Shown: positions 61,907-64,000 of the stretch, one piece after another
Layout of the letters: every line of letters starts with the position of its first letter
Position numbering within the stretch: the first letter of the stretch is position 1
Source of the DNA: Octopus sinensis
Taxonomy: Eukaryota
Direction of reading: 5' to 3'
NCBI RefSeq assembly: GCF_006345805.1
Contig: NC_043021.1
Coordinates: 13,640,001-13,704,000 of the forward strand
Length of the DNA stretch: 64,000 nt
Made by a program: the position numbers and the translations under genes
The notes under the pieces: generated by a model
Database searches by the model: none
The model's input: the letters and a program-made list of their open reading frames with translations, nothing else
What the model was told of the DNA's origin: nothing

Positions 61907-63432
61907 AAAGGTAAAGGTTACATTCTCAAGTCATGCCAACTCATAAAGGCTGGTTTCCCATTTCCAAAGTGTATAAATTCCTCACTTGGACAGGATGTTG
62001 GTCCATCGCAGGATTACTCAATTTTGCCAGCTGAGTGGACTGGAGCAATGTCAAATGAAGTGTTTTGCTCAAGAACACAATACGTTGCCTGGTCCAGGAA
62101 TCGAAACCACAGTCTTCCAATCACAAGTCCAACACCCTAATCACTAAGCCATGTGCCTCTTTTTCAAACATACACATCATCATCGTTTAATGTCTGTTTT
62201 CCATGCTGGCATGGGTTGGATGGTTCGACTGGGGTCTGGGAAGCCAGGAGGCTGCACCAGGCTCCAGTCTGATCTGGCAGTGTTTCTATAGCTGGATGCC
62301 CTTCCTATAACGCCAACCACTCCGTTAGTATAGTGGGTGCTTTTTACGTGTCACCAGCACAGGGGCTAGAGGAGGCTGGCAAACGGCCACGATCGGTTGC
62401 TGCCTTTTACATGTCACCAACACTGCCGCCAGCTACGTTTGGACGGTGCTTTTTACGTGTCACCGGCACAGGTATCTTAACTACACGCGAGTTAGAAAAT
62501 GAATGAATATAACACGTTTTATTTGGTACAATTGTTTCTATACACCTGCGTGTAAATGATTCCTTGTGAAAAGTTATGCAATATGTATGAGGTTGACTAT
62601 AGCGGAGTGGTACTTCATCAGACTAGCAATGTGCAGAATGTAAAATTGCATGATTTCCTGCTGGTCTGTTGGAAAATCTTTCTTGAATTATTTGTTCATG
62701 AAATCTGTTCAGGTTTGGCAGGAAATGTTTAGGTTGCATGTGGCTGATGTTTTTGGTGTGGTTGTGTGGTTAAGAATTACCTCAGCAGATATATTCCTTG
62801 GTAAAGGTATACTGCAGCAGTTCTATGACTGAAAAGAGTAAAATAACAAGAGACTATGCTGTTTGTAATTTTAATTTCTATGTACTCATTCTTTATAGTT
62901 ATATATGTTCTACTTTTAGTAAGTAATATAGGAAAACTTAGCCTAGAATAAGCTTACTAAGAGGTTGTGTACAAACCTAAGGACCACTTCTATGTGTGGT
63001 TTCTTTGGAAAGTATGGGGGTCATATAACACATATAGATGATAATGGGAGTGTATGTTTGATGTGATTGTTGTCTGTGAATGTTGTATTTCTATCTTGTG
63101 GGCTCATTGCTCTAAGTTGATCTTCATTGTTATAGGGCTGAACTTATAGTTTCTTGGTTTATGGCAGTTTTGCTGTCTCGATTTTACCCTACATTGATAT
63201 TGTATGACCATCCTTCATAAGGATTCCAAATTTTGGCTAGGGTAATATTTACCTAAGGGTTTGTAGTTTATGGGGTTTTGTTGCAAGATGGCTACTGAGG
63301 ATAGGGCTGTTATTCGTCAAGGTAGGTCACACAGTATAGTTGATAATAATACTGAAATATCAACAACATGAAATACAATCAAATAAAGATCTCATTCTAT
63401 ATTTCTTGGACTGCATGGCTGGATTGGATAGG

Positions 63433-63467
<35 letters not shown>

Positions 63468-64000
63468 ATATATGTATAAAGGTAAAGGTTACATTCTCAA
63501 GTCATGCCAACTCATAAAGGCTGGTTTCCCATTTCCAAAGTGTATAAATTCCTCACTTGGACAGGATGTTGGTCCATCGCAGGATTACTCAATTTTGCCA
63601 GCTGAGTGGACTGGAGCAATGTCAAATGAAGTGTTTTGCTCAAGAACACAATACGTTGCCTGGTCCAGGAATCGAAACCACAGTCTTCCAATCACAAGTC
63701 CAACACCCTAATCACTAAGCCATGTGCCTCTTTTTCAAACATACACATCATCATCGTTTAATGTCTGTTTTCCATGCTGGCATGGGTTGGATGGTTCGAC
63801 TGGGGTCTGGGAAGCCAGGAGGCTGCACCAGGCTCCAGTCTGATCTGGCAGTGTTTCTATAGCTGGATGCCCTTCCTATAACGCCAACCACTCCGTTAGT
63901 ATAGTGGGTGCTTTTTACGTGTCACCAGCACAGGGGCTAGAGGAGGCTGGCAAACGGCCACGATCGGTTGCTGCCTTTTACATGTCACCAACACTGCCGC
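61901..64000. repeat. Direct duplication, period 1571 bp (61901-62429 matches 63472-64000; continues past the window)
   Basis: ATGTATAAAGGTAAAGGTTACATTCTC at 61901 and 63472, each directly after (TA)n; contains a CORE-SINE and an RTE tail. Confidence 0.95.

Larger units (their letters stand above)
10568..64000 (+). other. Syntaxin-1 first coding intron (at least 53 kb, extends past the window)
   Basis: Canonical GTGAGT donor at 10568-10573; no exon-2-like sequence (acidic stretch..FMEEFFEQ|gt) found by eye downstream. Confidence 0.7.

Noticed and set aside
62490-63400. Possible decayed Penelope ORF on the minus strand (similar feel at 28400-28800)
   Set aside because: No unambiguous RT or GIY-YIG motif could be read; it needs tBLASTx or HMM confirmation.

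Overview
This is AT-rich, repeat-saturated animal genomic DNA, most likely from an octopod cephalopod (inferred from its SINE/RTE repeat families and a mollusc-type syntaxin N-terminus). The one host coding exon I can identify confidently is absent from the ORF track: a 33-bp first coding exon of syntaxin-1 at 10535-10567 (+), MTKDRLAALKA, followed by a GTGAGT donor. I found no second exon, so the remaining >53 kb looks like one giant first intron. A CpG-retaining domain (~7.9-22.4 kb) surrounds this exon. The rest is mobile DNA: a 5'-truncated Tx1/L1-type LINE in an (ATT)n tract, RTE fragments, several tRNA-derived SINE families, hAT/piggyBac/pogo/mariner MITEs, a DD37D (maT) transposase remnant, a FLYWCH-bearing MULE-like remnant, Penelope-type repeats (one with a hammerhead-like motif), mini/microsatellites and four near-identical microsatellite-bounded duplications. 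Most ORF-track entries are simple-repeat artefacts. Repeat boundaries were read by eye and are approximate (about +/-10-20 bp) unless a TSD or codon is quoted. SINE family letters are my own labels, and only representative copies are listed.
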